Source: Perkinsus olseni (lineage: Eukaryota). Taken from it: a stretch of DNA of 58,532 nucleotides. Below are positions 1 to 14,258 of the stretch, piece after piece. The stretch lies in NCBI GenBank assembly GCA_013115125.1, contig JABANN010000165.1, positions 1-58,532 of the forward strand. Reading direction: 5' to 3'. Made by a program: the position numbers and the translations under genes. Position 1 is the stretch's first letter; the number at the start of each line of letters is the position of its first letter. Under the pieces are notes generated by a model, which worked only from the letters and a program-made list of their open reading frames with translations, had not been told where the DNA came from and ran no database searches.

Positions 1-103
1 CAGTCTTGTACGGTCGGTCGTTGAGAAATTTCAAGAGTTCAAAGTTGTTCACGAAGTTTTGAAACTCCCTTTAGTTTGAATCACATTGAACGTCGGGGTC
101 GGT

Positions 104-855
104 TCACTGAACGACCCGAAGGAGAACCTCGCGGCGCACGAAGCTCACCTGGGTGTAGGTGTAGTATTCATTGACCGAATACGACGACAGAATTGAGTCG
201 GCCAGAATGTGGTCCGGGATGTCGGTGATAAGACGATCTGAGCGGCGGAAGGCTGCGGTCGATGTCGTTATCGAAACTAAATTTGTGAAAGCTTCGTCCG
301 ACAAAATTAAGATACCTCACGCGTCTTCATTTTTTTGCTTCATTCCCGACAGCAAAGCAATCGGATGGCTTACGGTTGATTTAACCATTCTGTGGACGAA
401 AGCTTTCCCGAAACAATTTCGGCCGATATCATAGTCGACGATAATTGAATTGTTGCTGAGCCCGGTGAGCTCGGAGCCGCCCGAATTATCGACAAGCGCA
501 AAATTACCCGTGCAAATCATTCGAGAGGACAATTATTTTGCTTTCGACTGCTACCATACTTCGAGGATTTCCAAACGAAATTTCGCTTTACGAGAGTGTG
601 GGGCTGCGAAGTCGCTAAGAAACGACAGCCTCTGATCAAAGCGTTATAAAATTAACGCCTAGTCATACATCGAATCTTTCGCGTGCGAAGGATGAGTGTC
701 CTTCTCCAACCGTTCAGAGGAGAGGCTCATGTCGCGACAACAGGCGAGCGATAACGGTATACCGGCTGGCATTCTATGGCCTCACGACCAGTAGAAAAAA
801 CAAGGAGAAAATCGTCCCGGGACTCACTTTTCGGCCGCTTCTGGTTGGTGTCCAT
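104..855 (-). CDS. Hypothetical multi-exon protein, divergent from calmodulin (boundaries uncertain)
   Basis: Candidate first exon MDTNQKRPK followed by a GTGAGT donor near 826. Further coding-like segments at 317-532 and 104-304 are separated by splice-like signals. No recognisable domain. Confidence 0.3.
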
Positions 856-975
856 CCTTACAACATCGCGCCGTCTACAATGAAATCGATCGCCAGGGCG
901 CGCGCGATCTCATTTCGAAGACTGGCGCTTGGGTCGAGCCGTTTTTCAAGATACTTTTTTCAGTCTCGCTCCTGA

Positions 976-1707
<732 letters not shown>

Positions 1708-2631
1708 AGACGACCAAGCAGCACATTCACGGGATGGTGCCTTTTGCTGTGTGTTGCACTGCTATCGTTCATTTGCGTGACTGGGGCTCTGAGATGCGTT
1801 AGTGAGCGAGGGGCCTCAGTTCAAGTACGCCGTCAATTCACTGGGGACCAGAGTGTGATGCGTTTTCGGCTTTCACCAGGGAACTCTCGGCATTGGGTTT
1901 CGGCGCAATACTTCGTGCGTTTCATCCGACCTTCGTTTAGTGAATGCGCAATGAACCACTTCGTGGCCGATGCCTCTGTTAGTGCCATCGTTCGCTAAAC
2001 GCACATACAGGCGGTCAGGAAACGCCTTTTTATCAGTGTGAGGGCAAGCTGTTGTTGCTGTCGGCCACCGTACTGAGCGAACGATAGTCATTGAAGCTGT
2101 TTGAAAGAGCATGGACGTTGTAGCGTTGGACTGAATCGAGGATGGCGAGCGATTTTATCCTGATATCGCGGAGGCCTGTGTGATGGTTCGCATCTTGGAT
2201 GGACCTTCAGCTTGCGGCCACCGATAGTTACCTGTCTTTTGGTGTTGGCTCTCGCCCATCAAGTGGCCTATCTGCGAACGAAACCTCAATATCGCTCAGT
2301 TCCGTATCTTTTCTAATCCTCCGTCGAATCGTTGTCAACTGCCCTTCAATCGTCTGAGAATTCGTGGGACTCGAACCTCCCGTTCAATAAAGCAACTAAA
2401 ACGCAGAATCGATTCTGGAATTGATTACTGTGTGTGAGGCAATAGTCCAAGGTCGGTTCCGGCTTACTCAGACTCGAAGCCGATGTGCTCAGTTGGAGAC
2501 TTTCTGTAGCGTTGGCATTCAGTGCAATCAGACAGATTGTCAAGAAGCTTTTCCCAGGGGTAAATTCAACGAGGAACAAGCTGTGCACGCATGCACAAGG
2601 TGTCGGACGAGCAACGCGGTCATCCATGACA

Positions 2632-2988
2632 TCATTTGCTATTTAGCTTGGTGAATTGACGTTCCAAATTGTGATGCTCTCTACGAAATCTAAGCGCCAG
2701 TAGAACCAACTTCGCGGATTGGATGTTCGCGTTCGTTACTTTCCCATGCACGTCCTTGGCGTCACGCATCGAATTGGTGAGCGTCACATCGGCAGTGTCG
2801 ATGTCTTCTAGCTGTCTCCCGATGCTCACTCGATAGAAGCTCTCATACGGACTTGACGGAGCAGTTGACGCTACCTTGAACTGCTTCTTGTTGTCGACAC
2901 CTTCCAGCAACCAGCAACCATCACGCTTGTTTGAAGAACTCGTGAAAGAGAAGTGTCGTTCACATGCCCATGCGTACGAATGAGTCAC
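2632..2988 (-). CDS. Probable exon(s) of a hypothetical protein
   Basis: 118-aa open frame with protein-like composition and further spliced-looking segments downstream. No domain recognised. Confidence 0.25.
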   Translation of the reverse strand: MTHSYAWACERHFSFTSSSNKRDGCWLLEGVDNKKQFKVASTAPSSPYESFYRVSIGRQLEDIDTADVTLTNSMRDAKDVHGKVTNANIQSAKLVLLALRFRREHHNLERQFTKLNSK

Positions 2989-3152
2989 CGCTGCGTTACA
3001 CGATCGATATACCCACAGCCTGAAGATGAACCGGAAGATTAATACTTGAGGTACTTACTGAGTAAAAACTGGTATTTCCCCCCGAATTTTAAGCCGTGTA
3101 TTCCAAAATTATTTGGCACATTTTTCGAGGGACCCTCCGAGATCTCAGCACC

Positions 3153-3294
3153 CATTAAGAGTTGTGGTCTGAAACTTTGGGGTTATACTCGGTAGGGTCC
3201 TAGAAGGTATCTCTATGAATTTCGTTTCGTAACTCGTCCCAGTTGGAGCTGGCGGCGAGAAAATCACGATATTCCAAATTTATTTGGAGGGCTG
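3153..3294. mobile_element. One end of a Tc1/mariner-like MITE (same family as 51197-51455)
   Basis: 3153-3294 aligns in reverse complement to about 51197-51352. It ends CACGATATTCCAAATTTATTTGGAGGGCTG followed by TA. Confidence 0.75.
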
Positions 3295-3372
3295 TAAAGT
3301 ATCGAAATCGGATCTGATCGCTCGACGGCTGGTCATTACTACGTTTGACCAGTTCACAGTTCATCGGTGACA

Positions 3373-3831
3373 ATGTTACGCGGGAGGCAGCTCATCGTTC
3401 GTCTCTTGCTCCTTTCAACCGCCTGTGGAGTTACTCTCAAGGGTTCTCAACAACGCCGTGGAGCCTCTGATGTATTCTCCGGCAGTGCCTACTCTGCTTC
3501 GGCCAGCAGGAAACTCGCCAGCACGTTTGATGCCGAGTTCTCTTGCCGTACAAGAAATCACATTTTTGACGATGTATTTTTCGATCGGTGAGGAGATGCC
3601 ACGTTCTTTTCTATGACCGCAAAACGAGACTATCACTGCAAACACACGGCCACCGGGAATGTTACGATGCAGCTGTCTATCAAGCTCGACAACGAGTGTG
3701 AGGCTCTTACTAAAGACTCGGACGCTTACTACCAGCAGGACTTCCTAACTGGGATATTGATCTTCAATTCGTATAAGTTCATGGCAATCCCGATTGGGCA
3801 GCACAGCTACGAGACCTGCACCCATTGGCAG
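3373..3831 (+). CDS. Putative secreted hypothetical protein, first two exons (3' end not resolved)
   Basis: N-terminus MLRGRQLIVRLLLLSTACG resembles a signal peptide. GTGAG donors near 3588 and 3831 bound Cys-containing coding segments. Confidence 0.35.
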
Positions 3832-4398
3832 TGAGGTAAATTGAGGTCAGTCTACCGAGTTTAAAGCCTAAGTTGACGACAAGTTCGATATCGCATTTCT
3901 CGAGCTCTTCAGCGTGGACGCTGCCTTCCATCTGGCCCAATGGCGATGCGGTTTAGCTATCAACACTTCCCGGTGATACATCGCATCAACTTTATCGTTT
4001 AACAGCGACTGTTGAGCGGCCTAAGGTACGATTGAACTCACCAATTCTATATAATCACTTGAAAGCGTCACTGTTGTGTTCCACCAGTCGCGGGAGTACA
4101 CCGGAGAGATAAACGGTGAATAATAACAAGTACGTCCGTCGGACCCGTAGCCTTCACTTTGAAATCTTCCCACAGATCAGGGCACTCATGTGACAGGGGA
4201 TAGAGACCCTTGAGACAGAGTTGTGATAGGTCCAAGAAGTTTTAACCATCAGAAGCTCTAGAGGGTGATTTTGGATGTTAGTGATGTGCTCTGTCAGACA
4301 GCGTGTTATAGCGGCCTTTCATTGAAACCCAACAAAGACCTCTCACAATGGGGCAGAATATTCTAAACAAGGGTGATGATAGGGCACACTGCTACTCA

Positions 4399-6190
4399 TC
4401 AACCAAGATGGTTCACATTTACATTCATCGGCCGACGGTCGCTCTTCAAGTAGTCGTTGATGCTGGGTATACGACTGAAGTATCGGTGGAATTCAACCCT
4501 GAAAGGAACCCAACAACTCAGTTCACAACGGCGGGGCTCCCAAGAGACTTACAACTCGGGATACCACTTGTCGAAGTTTCGGGACTGGTCAAGCGTCTTC
4601 CGCAAGTGTAAATCAACAACATCGAAGAGCTGAACATGACCAATGTTGAGGCAGCTCTCATAATCGGCAAAATTCCGCAGAAATAATTGGTAAATGAAAA
4701 ACATGTGGGCACCTGAAAAGATTCCTTTTGACTTTGCACGCATGCACAAACGAAGCTGTGATCACCTTTGTTATCGCCAGATCTACTGCTAGGGTTGATG
4801 TGCCTTCTCTCGTACGCAGCGACCGCCTCCGATGAGAACTGACCAATGTAAGCTAAATTATAGTATCTGAAAAAGAATACGCCTGTCCCGGATGATGCAG
4901 CTCAATGCCCAATCTTGCAATCTTGCAGTCTTGCAATGCTTCCAGATGCACACCTTGCTACTGTTGATCTCATATGCATGGCCTTAGTCTGCCTAAAATG
5001 CTCCCTACAGAGTCTGCATACACGACGTGTATTACACGTTCTGATGGTACACTATCCCTAGGAACCAAAAAAACTGTGAATGATATAATATCTATCACAG
5101 CTTATTCGTTGAAATATCATTGATACTTATACTGGTTGGGCAATGCGCAACAAGGTTGAAGTTTCCGACGGTGATTTCAAATTCAACAACTGTCCAGCCA
5201 CCCGGACTCACTCAAGTCGCATTGATTCGAGGCCGCTGAGCATCTCATCGATCGCTGCAAGCTGCGCAGGGCTTCCACAATACATATTGTTCATCCGCCC
5301 AAGGTACCTGAACAGCACCATCGAACGCGCTTCTCGCGCACGCTGTAGTCGTCTGTCCTCAGTTCTGACCTTGGAAAGCGACATAGGGCGTCGAGAGGCC
5401 GCGTGCTCACTTGGCGCGAATGAGGGCTGCTAGCTAATGAAGCTTATCGCTCTTTCTCATCTACTGCGCACGACGTCACGCTGTCTCCATCTCAACGATT
5501 CCACCCACGCGCATGACGAGATGCACACTCCTGCCCGAGACGTCCTTACCGTAGTATGCCGTCCATCTGCGCGACTGTATTGCCCTTGTGAACGAGAAGC
5601 GGTACTTGACCGAAGGGAGAGTCGGCCATACCAGCGTGGCCTTTCATATCTTGGTAATTCACGTCCACCTGATGAGAAGGAACTAGCCACCCGAGACTCC
5701 CGGATAAACGAGGGGATTTGCTCTTGTAGTTCAACCTACGGTCTCCCACCAACCCCCTAGATCGACCCATCAACGTCACACTGACTGAAGATACGCGTCG
5801 ACAACTCACCGGCATACACGGAGGGCCTTTCGGCGAAATTTATTTTATTCAACGGAACTTGGCTGCTTCTCAGCCAGTCAGCTCACCTCGGCGTAAGGAA
5901 GGCGGTTTAGCTCAAGCATCAGGCGGACAGGCTCCCCTCGTCCGCGCATCGGGAAGTACTTCAGCGAATACTCGACCGGACTATCACTGCTTGCCGGATC
6001 CTCCATCAAACAATTTATGTACAACTGATGAAGTGAAACGGTTGATCGATTTGTGAAAATATCTTTTTCATAACTTCCGACCTTCGCTGGGTTGAAATAT
6101 TTCCCCTCCTCCAATCCGCTACTCATCGGTAAGAGTGCAAATAACCTCGATCTCTCATCATACTTCCAGTCAGCAAAGAATGCTTGTTTA
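4399..6190 (-). CDS. Glutathione S-transferase (sigma/pi-like), multi-exon, with an N-terminal extension that may start at 6482 (hydrophobic signal/anchor)
   Basis: Spliced exons give YSLKYFPMRGRGEPVRLMLELNRLPYAE|VDVNYQDMKGHAGMADSPFGQVPLLVHKGNTVAQMDGILR|YLGRMNNMY...IDEMLSGLESMRLE|YYNLAY...|AHMFF...VQLFDVVDLHLR...YPEL|VEFHRYFSRIPSINDYLKSDRRPMNVNVNHLG*. This contains GST N-domain (Y, RGRGE, PFGQVP) and C-domain motifs. Stop at 4399-4401. Confidence 0.9.
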
Positions 6191-6576
6191 CGCTAGACAA
6201 ACCGCTTCTTCGTTCATGCGTTAAGTTTCCGATGACGCTCTACGAAGCAGCTGTATGAGACTTTTTCAACCGACCATCACAATGTGATAAAAGACTGCTC
6301 GTTTCTGTGAGCGAAAAATCTGCGTGAAGTTGTTGCCAGGAACTCATAACGCAACCCATGTGTAAAGAAACCGATTCCGTCTGGCCGCCTGCCGTTGGAG
6401 ACCGACTTGTCACAGTAAGGACACATAAAAGGATGCCAAAATACAAAACAAGCAGACAGGAGAATCTTATGTTCACTTTCATTCATACGTGAGTTCACTT
6501 CCCTCCGACACAGCAGAGCAACAATGTAACGATGCACGAAAGAGCAGCACAATTATTCAAAGATTTACTCGTCAAT

Positions 6577-9030
6577 CTACGGACGTTCTCTTCCGCGACT
6601 TCTTCTTGCCTTCTTTTCCTGCACGGGCATTTCATTAGGCAGACCGGACGCAGGAGGAGGGCTTGCTTTCCACACAGTAAACCAATCGACGTCCTTGGCG
6701 GGCGGCAAAGGCATTGACGTGCCCTGAGAGAGAAGAAAACGAGTTCCAGCACGATACATTGTCACTTGGGGATTCTGTTGGGATTGTTTCACTTTCAGTA
6801 CTCTACTCACAACGTACCCACTTCTGAAAAGATTTCGCTCAGTTTTCTCGACCAGCACGCTCATCATGAGCAACCTCAAGATACTCGGGTTCTCGAAAAA
6901 TGTCGAACCATGTCAAATGCAAGTAAAAAGATACTAGACTAGAATTATCGGCACCGAAACTCACCGGGCGCGTGCTCTGATGCCCTCCAGGTATCCGATT
7001 GAGCGAGAACATGACGTGAAGAAGAGCTGGATAGACATCTACAACGTATTGGTATATTTTATAGAAGGGAAATATAATACTTGCTGCGAACCAATCTGAG
7101 AAAAAATCATAACGGCCATTCGAAAGGTCCTCGGTTCGATCCCCGGCGAGGGCTTCTTACTCCATTGCCGACGGACATCTCGTCGGTTTCGTAACGTGAT
7201 TGCCATGAGGGCCACCGAGATACCATGAAAGACTACAAAGTATATGCCAAAATATACACCAATAAGGGCCGGCTGACGAACGAATATTGACACCAGCAGA
7301 AATGGTCTGAAGGGAACCGTGCTCAACGCTCATCCCCGAAGTCCCTGGTTCTATTCCCCCACCTTAATATCATCACAATAGTCGGCACGACGTCAGCAAC
7401 GAAGGACCAAATACGGCCGACCAAGGCTTCTCGAGAACAGCAGCCTTTCGCTCGGATTGTCGGGACAAACGCAACCACGAACATCCGCAGCCGAAGATAC
7501 CATCGACCGCACTCCGAAGAAAAATGGCTACTCCCCGTATCAGTGCGGATCTGAGGAAGGACTACTCGCGTGAAAGCTCAGCAAGGCCGACCCGCGCACC
7601 TGGCTGCCGCCCATTGAGGTTTCGAAGTCATGCCTCAGATACTGCTCCATCATTAACGACGGCTGTAGGAACCCAGGGGAGTCCGTATCCTGACACCTAT
7701 GCATCGTCACGCGCCGCGAAATTATCTCAACTCACGTTAACTCCCACGAAGCCACCTAGGGTCTTATGAAGGGCAGCCCTATCCCACAGCGACACCGCCT
7801 TCCGAGGAGTTACAACGCATGACCCTCCCAGCTTCTCTTGCGCGAAGGACATTCTGAGAATCGATCAACCGGGCGTGCGCTTTGTACGCCAACCTTCGAA
7901 GCCCACGTACATAGCCCTTTGCTTGACCATGTAGTCATGCAGTGTGACTGAAGGCATGCTGTTGACGCCGCGCACTGTGGGTATGTACCACACCACCTTC
8001 GTGCCGTGCCGCCGATAGTCCTACGGCAATACAAACTGCTCATCACTAGCATGAATCATCATGCGTTAACAGGAGGCCAGGAAATTCGAAATTTCTGGCG
8101 GAATTCCGCGAAATTCTGTGAAATTTTGTGATTTTTTTTTCACAGTTCTTATCGGAGCTATTGAAGTGTTCTATGGACCAATCTTCGCTCCACTGTACTA
8201 AAATGATTCATCACTATCCGGAGTTAGAATAATATGTTCCTCTAATAAGTACCTCTGTTTCGAACTATTGCTTTTTGAATTGTTGAAGAGTTTTTATCAT
8301 TGTTTACGGAATGACCTAACCGCCTGACTCGACAGGATGAGCTCACTAACCTGCGTGTTGAGGTCCAAAGCCACAGGCAACATGAAATCATCGTTGGAAT
8401 CAGCGTCAGTGATAAGCATCGCATACCGGAATCTGGAGTAGGGTACGAGGGGTACATAATCGATCACGTGATCGATTGTTACGCAGAGTTCCGGTTCTCT
8501 TGCGGATTGGCCCATCGCAGGACCGACGGAATCCAAGATTTGTTTGCCCAGTAGATCGCCATGGCTTTGTTGTCCTCGGGAAGATACGCATAGTTCACAT
8601 CCGGAGAAACGGAGTCCTGAAGCGTTGAGAAATTGCAAGATGGGATAAGGTCGCAAGATGCTCACTTGAATCATCTTGCAGCAATCATCTGCTGGTGCTA
8701 AATCTTTCCCGACTTCAACCACAAAAATGGGACTACAGCCATGGACTTTAGGGGGAAGTAATGTAGTGCATCTGCACGCATGCACAAAAGATACCGACGC
8801 ACAGCGAAGAATCTCGATATCTTCTGACCTTCGGAGTATCTTTCTCACTCGCCCACGTTTAACTGGGTCAGTACAACAACCGCTGCGCAGCGCCACGATA
8901 ACACAAACGTCGGTGACGGCCTCCTCATTTTGATCGACCTCATCACCAATCACGCCGGTCACAGCGTTGCCACTTTCAGACACACTGCGTCCTCCCCGAC
9001 CTTTCTTTGACGCCGGTAGTGGCGGCCACC
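6577..9030 (-). CDS. GT2-family membrane glycosyltransferase-like protein, paralog 1 (catalytic and C-terminal TM region; N-terminal exons probably extend to about 13 kb)
   Basis: Exon motifs PIFVVEVGKDLAPADDCCKMIQ, VSPDVNYAYLPEDNKAMAIYWANKSWIP, FRYAMLITDAD, KVVWYIP, AVSLWDRAAL, RPFLLVSIFVRQP...LRNRRDVR and PPAKDVDWFTVW are collinear with paralogs 2 and 3. The family assignment rests on my recall of protist/fungal GT2 motifs. Confidence 0.65.
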
Positions 9031-12000
9031 TGAGAGAGAACTGCGTGAAGGAAATGCAAGAGAGCAAGATCCCCCTTACCTGGAGCTGAGTATTGCTGGC
9101 AAGAAAGCTAGAATAGTGAGAATAAGACCGTCGAGAAGGACGAGCCAGTCTACAACCGCAACTGCTGGCACTGACTCTGAAACGACAAAAGAGTGGTACG
9201 TGCGATATGCTTGGGGTGATTACACTAAGGCGCGGGTTCGACTCCCACACCTGTCATTTCAGTCGTGGGCGGTCTAAAAATAGATTTTTTGCCTGCACTA
9301 GGGGAGCTGCACACACAAGTCCCAAGTTGAAAGCTTCCTCCATCTCGACCTCATCCGTATCTTCCTAGGTCAACCTCGAAGATATGCTTCTTACCTCCCT
9401 CAGCTCCATTGCGTATATAATCGAAGAGGTCCAGCTTTCCAGAGTTCTGATAGATTTGATTAGGGAAAACTCCAACGACCAGAAGGCAGCACAGAAATAG
9501 TAGGAGCCACGCTCTAAGAAAAACGCCATTAAAACGACATTCCTGCGGATCGAACCAGAGACCTTGCGGAGGACGACGCAGCGCTCCCCCATCTCACAAA
9601 ATAAGTGTTAGTGCCCAAAAGTATACGCCTCGTCGAAGGGCCGTTTTCGCTCGATATTGAACCTCCAGCAGGGCTACGGACACTCTCGCGCGCCACTCTT
9701 TACTTTGGAAGCGAGCAAAAGGGTGAATTGGGGTACCTGAAAGTTTCCTCAAAATACATAGCGAAACGACGCAAGCAAACGACGTTTTCCAGCCTCCATA
9801 CCGCGAGTTGAAGAAAGGAAAAAAACTTCACAGAATTATGAGCTCTGTGCTACGCTCCGCCTATGTTTATGCGTGCATATCCAACGCCCAAGCTCCCTTC
9901 GGCCTTGTTTTTCTACTAACAATTGATACAACACTCGTACCCTACCGCCATCCAATGCAAAAAATCAAAATTCTCAACCCTACATTTCGAAAAAAACCAA
10001 GAAAAATTGAAGTAAAAGCATCCCTCCCCTTACCGCGCTCGTCCACAGTCTTCACCAGTCCCCCCGCCAGGTCCTGCAGATTGCCATGCTCAAACGCCAT
10101 GTGAACGTTACTCCGCAGTCCAGAAGGAGAGTCCACGTCCACCGAGAACACCGACTGCGGTGATTTCACAGAATCCGTGTCGCTATGCTGTTCTTCGGCC
10201 TACGGGGGAGGACAAAGTTACGCGTTGAGGAAATGCAAGATTGCAAGATTTCACTCACTTGTTTTTCCATCAGACGCCTGTGCTCTCGATTTGCCTGCTC
10301 TGTCCAACTGGCCTGCACTCGCCGACGATACGCCGCTTGTATCTAGCAAAAAAAATTCGCGCGCCACGAAAATATTTCCAGAAAGAATCCAAAATTCCTG
10401 ATCTTACCCCCGGCAATTTCCGTTCCATCACTTTCCGATCCACTTCACCCAGGCGGGCTTTTTTCCGACGATTTACCTAAAAGGCGAAAAATTCCGAAAT
10501 AAACGTCCTAATGTTCTCGACTTACGTAGAACCGAATCTCTCCAATTGCCACGAAGAGGACCCAACATGCACAAATAATCAGCAGGGCGTTGGCGATGAT
10601 CACCTGAAAGTCACGCGCCACAAAATTATATGGCTGAAGGGTCACACGCCACAAAATTATACGGCTGAAAAGTCACGCGCCACGAAATTATACCCGTCGG
10701 AAAAATTCCGAATCCAGGGACAATGGCTAAAGGCGCTTTCCAACGGCATGAAGCCAGCAAATTAGTACCAAAAATCGAACAACTCCCAGAGCGCACTCGC
10801 CTTTGATTCTCACCTTTCCGGGAGGGATGTCGCCGTTGGTAGTGCAAAAAGGCTCAACACTCATCCCAGCACCGGACACAAGATTTTGTTGCAAATCCAG
10901 GGCAAGGAGATACTGGCAAGAGCCACCAAAGGGCAATATCGCCTCATTGAATCTGGAAGGAGTGGTATTAATAATCTGCACGCACTCTTGTTGAACCCAC
11001 CCTCCCTCCGTCCAGAGAATAGCGTCCGAAGGACAACTACTCCCTCCCGAGAGTTGGACAGAGAAGTCGCAAGGGAGAGTCGCGAGGCAATTGACCTTAT
11101 TCCTGCCTTCCTGAGTACCTGACGGTAAAAATGACATCACCAGGGATCGATCCCACGACCATCCGCTCCAAATAATGCAGTGAAACCACTATATGCTTAA
11201 CAACGCGAAATACAGTTCGTTCAGATCATTGCACTGGATAGCGCTAAATTCAAACTCTCAGTAGTGAAGGCGAAAATCTCGCCGCCAAATTAACTTTTCA
11301 TACTGCATTCCGAAATAATTTGGAGCGCTGTAGAAGGACTGAGAATCGAACCTCCGCCCTCACCCTTCGCAGACCAGCACACTACCATTAGACTAACTTA
11401 CACCCTAATTGCCCATCACGATTCGCCACGCTGGCTGTGTACGGGCCATAAATCCTCGACCAATCTTGCTGCTGTTGAATCTCACTCGCGTAAGATACCC
11501 TCACCCTACAGTACAGTCCGTCAATATTCTCGCTGGCAGCGAAGGGCACCGCCTAAAACAGAAAATCATTTCACCAGAAAAATTCTGCAAAATACTTTCG
11601 GGGAGAATCGGAACCCTCGGCATCATTTCAATCGTCACTCGCCACGAAATTCCGGACAGTTGAGCAACTGTTGCAGCAAAATTGCCTTTGGATGAAACGG
11701 CCATAACACGAAGTAAACCAGGGATAGAACCTCCGCCTTCCGCTACCGAATCCATGATAGATAACGACTAAGCTAATACAGACCTGCTAAAGCCCGAGCT
11801 CTGTAATACTCGCAGTAGTTCGACGCCAAGCTGGAAACATGGCGGGAAACAATCAACAGCTCCTGAGCAAGCCTCGCTCTCCAGTGCCCCATCAACCTAC
11901 CGGGAAGGGGCAGTTGAGCGCCGTCACCCAGCTGAGGGAGCCGACCATGATAGTAACGGCGACGCCAACCGCTAAAATCAAGGCAACAATGGCTCCTATG

Positions 12001-14258
12001 ACCCGGAGAAGCTCCGGTATGGGAGAGAGGAAGGGCGGCGGGGTCCGAGCCAAAAGATACCTGACAAGAATCAACCTCAAGATATGCTCTCGCCGTTGCA
12101 CTCAGGCTTTCCGAGTCAATGGTCGACCTCTCACGTTCAGCCAAAAACACGCCTCCGGTAAATCCTCGAGTGGGCGAGTGAAAATCCAATTTTCATTCTA
12201 CGTTCCACGTAATTGACTACGGTCTCCCACATCCATACAAAAGACCCAAAGATACTGCTTTTTCCGCCGCAGAAACGTGAAATTTTATAATAATTTTTGG
12301 CTAATTTTCGGTAATTTACGCATTCAAAAAAATCACGAAAAATTCTTTCCACTTCACCCCTTGCCTTACTGTCGCTCCTGCTTAAGAACCGCTCCGAAGC
12401 TCCTATCCGATACAACAGGAGCCGTCGCTGCGACCCCGCCCAACCGGCGCCCCCCTGCCGCGGCTTCCGCATCCCCCACCACGCTTCCCTCTGCGTCCGA
12501 GTTGAAATCCGAATCACCTGCCAGTAATAACCGTCCAGAAAACGTCACGCGCCACGAAATTACCTCCATCCGATCTGAAAGTATCTGCTCTATACCTCGG
12601 CACTCCAACCTCACCATCCTGCCCAACTGGCCGGGGGCTTTGATACTCCCCCGGCGCAAAAAATGACTCATCCGAGCTCCCGTTACCTAATTCAACCAAC
12701 CATTGTTTGAATCAGTAGCCAGTGCTCTCTACTGCTCTTAGACTTGTTCTTTTTTTGCGGATTTTTCCGCAAATTTTTGCAAATTTTCCGATTTCCTAGA
12801 ACGTCGCTGATGAAAAGCGGCTATCTCATTAACAACCATCACCCCACTACTACCCGCGTCCAGAGCAGCCTTCGCCGCGCCCCCTCCTTCCACTTCCTCG
12901 ACCAGCTCCTCCCGTACACCCCCGGCTCCCTCTTCCGGTAGATCCCCCTCCCCCTGCTGCCCCTCCACGCCCGTGCTGGGCGTGACCGGCGGGGGCGGCG
13001 GAAGCTGCGACCTGGACTCCCCTCCGGTCTGGGACCAACTGAAGCAAGAGCATCTCCGATCCACAATACACCAAGACACCTGCGCCCACGTTCGGGAAAA
13101 TTTTCGAGCCCACATTTACCGAAAAAACGATTATGGAAAATTTTCTCGTATACTTCGAAACTCGATTTCATTTCAACTCCTTCCTCGCACTTTTCCCTCC
13201 ACCGGTCAACCACCGGTAATCAAAAAAACACAAGAAACAATTTCTCTAAAACTCGCGATTTTTCGACTACGAACGGCTACGCGTCCTCGAACGACGGATC
13301 AGCCCGGAACCCAAACCCCCTGCTGCCCTTTACCACCTTCTGGGGCTGCTCCCCGACACTCCCGGCCGGCCCCTCCTAGGCGTGCTCGGATGAAGTGGCG
13401 GTCGACTTCTAGGGCTCCTCTGGGCTACTGTGGGAGGCAACCCTGAAAGCAGAGAGGTGGACGCTTCCTGTTACATGGCGTGTTGAAGAAGCGTAGACTA
13501 ATGGCCAGCAGGAATGGGCTGAGCGTGCCTAGTTGCAGCTGCCATAGCGAGGTGCCCGGGTCCACGTGTCCCTGGATACCACCTTCCTACACTGCCATCC
13601 TTCGGGCGTGGTGAACGCTCAACTAGAATCAAAGCTTGTCAGTCTTCGAGTTCGCTGCAGTGAAGCCGCGGATATCCGGACGAGTTGCGAAAATTGTGGT
13701 ACGCAACTTCAACCCTCCCCCCCCCTCGCCCAGCACTACTTGGATCCACCACTGGCGAGTGATCCGTGGGCGTGTGAACTATCCGTCGGTGGGCTCCAGT
13801 GTGATGAGGCCCTAGTATATACCCATCCGGAAGCTCCGACCTCTGTCCTCCTGACGACCCAGGTTCCATTCTATGCTGATACAAATAATAAACCCTGCGA
13901 ATCTTACGTTAACCCGTATCCAACCAAAGTGAAGCAAAGATTCTTGTGAAATCGTCGACCTTTTGTCGTTGTTTGAAACGCAGGAAATACGAGAATAATA
14001 ACAACGGGGAGAATTATAACGTACAAAGATGCTGCAACAGAGTATCTTCGCCTTCACTGAGTGCCATGCGCACAGCGAAGATTTTCCTTCCTTCATCATC
14101 AATCTACTCCAAACCTATTCAGCCATCACCCTTCACCAGGATAACGGCGTCACTGTACAATATTCCGTGCAAGGATTTCATACCAAAACTTCCGCATAAA
14201 ATCCGTACCACTACCAACTAAACAACATAACCCTTCCCCCTTCCATCGCCACTGGAAT

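Noticed and set aside
4144-4165. Spliced-leader (CCGTAGCC...) sequence
   Set aside because: The match stops after about 8-9 nt and the rest of the Perkinsus/dinoflagellate SL is absent.
6025-6050. Hammerhead ribozyme core CTGATGA...GAAA
   Set aside because: There is no stem II or supporting stems, and the sequence is explained by a minus-strand splice acceptor of the GST gene.
7081-7155. Functional tRNA gene (and likewise the other T-arm matches)
   Set aside because: Only the T-arm and 3' acceptor-like side are present. No pairing 5' acceptor strand, D-arm or anticodon stem was found.
10358-10375. The 18-mer as a plain E2F site
   Set aside because: TTTCGTGGCGCG only loosely resembles TTTSSCGC, and conservation extends over about 18 nt. 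No specific factor can be assigned from sequence.
13476-13949. Rieske-like small plus-strand gene (CSCH motif)
   Set aside because: I could not assemble a consistent spliced model or find the second ligand motif, so it is left unannotated.
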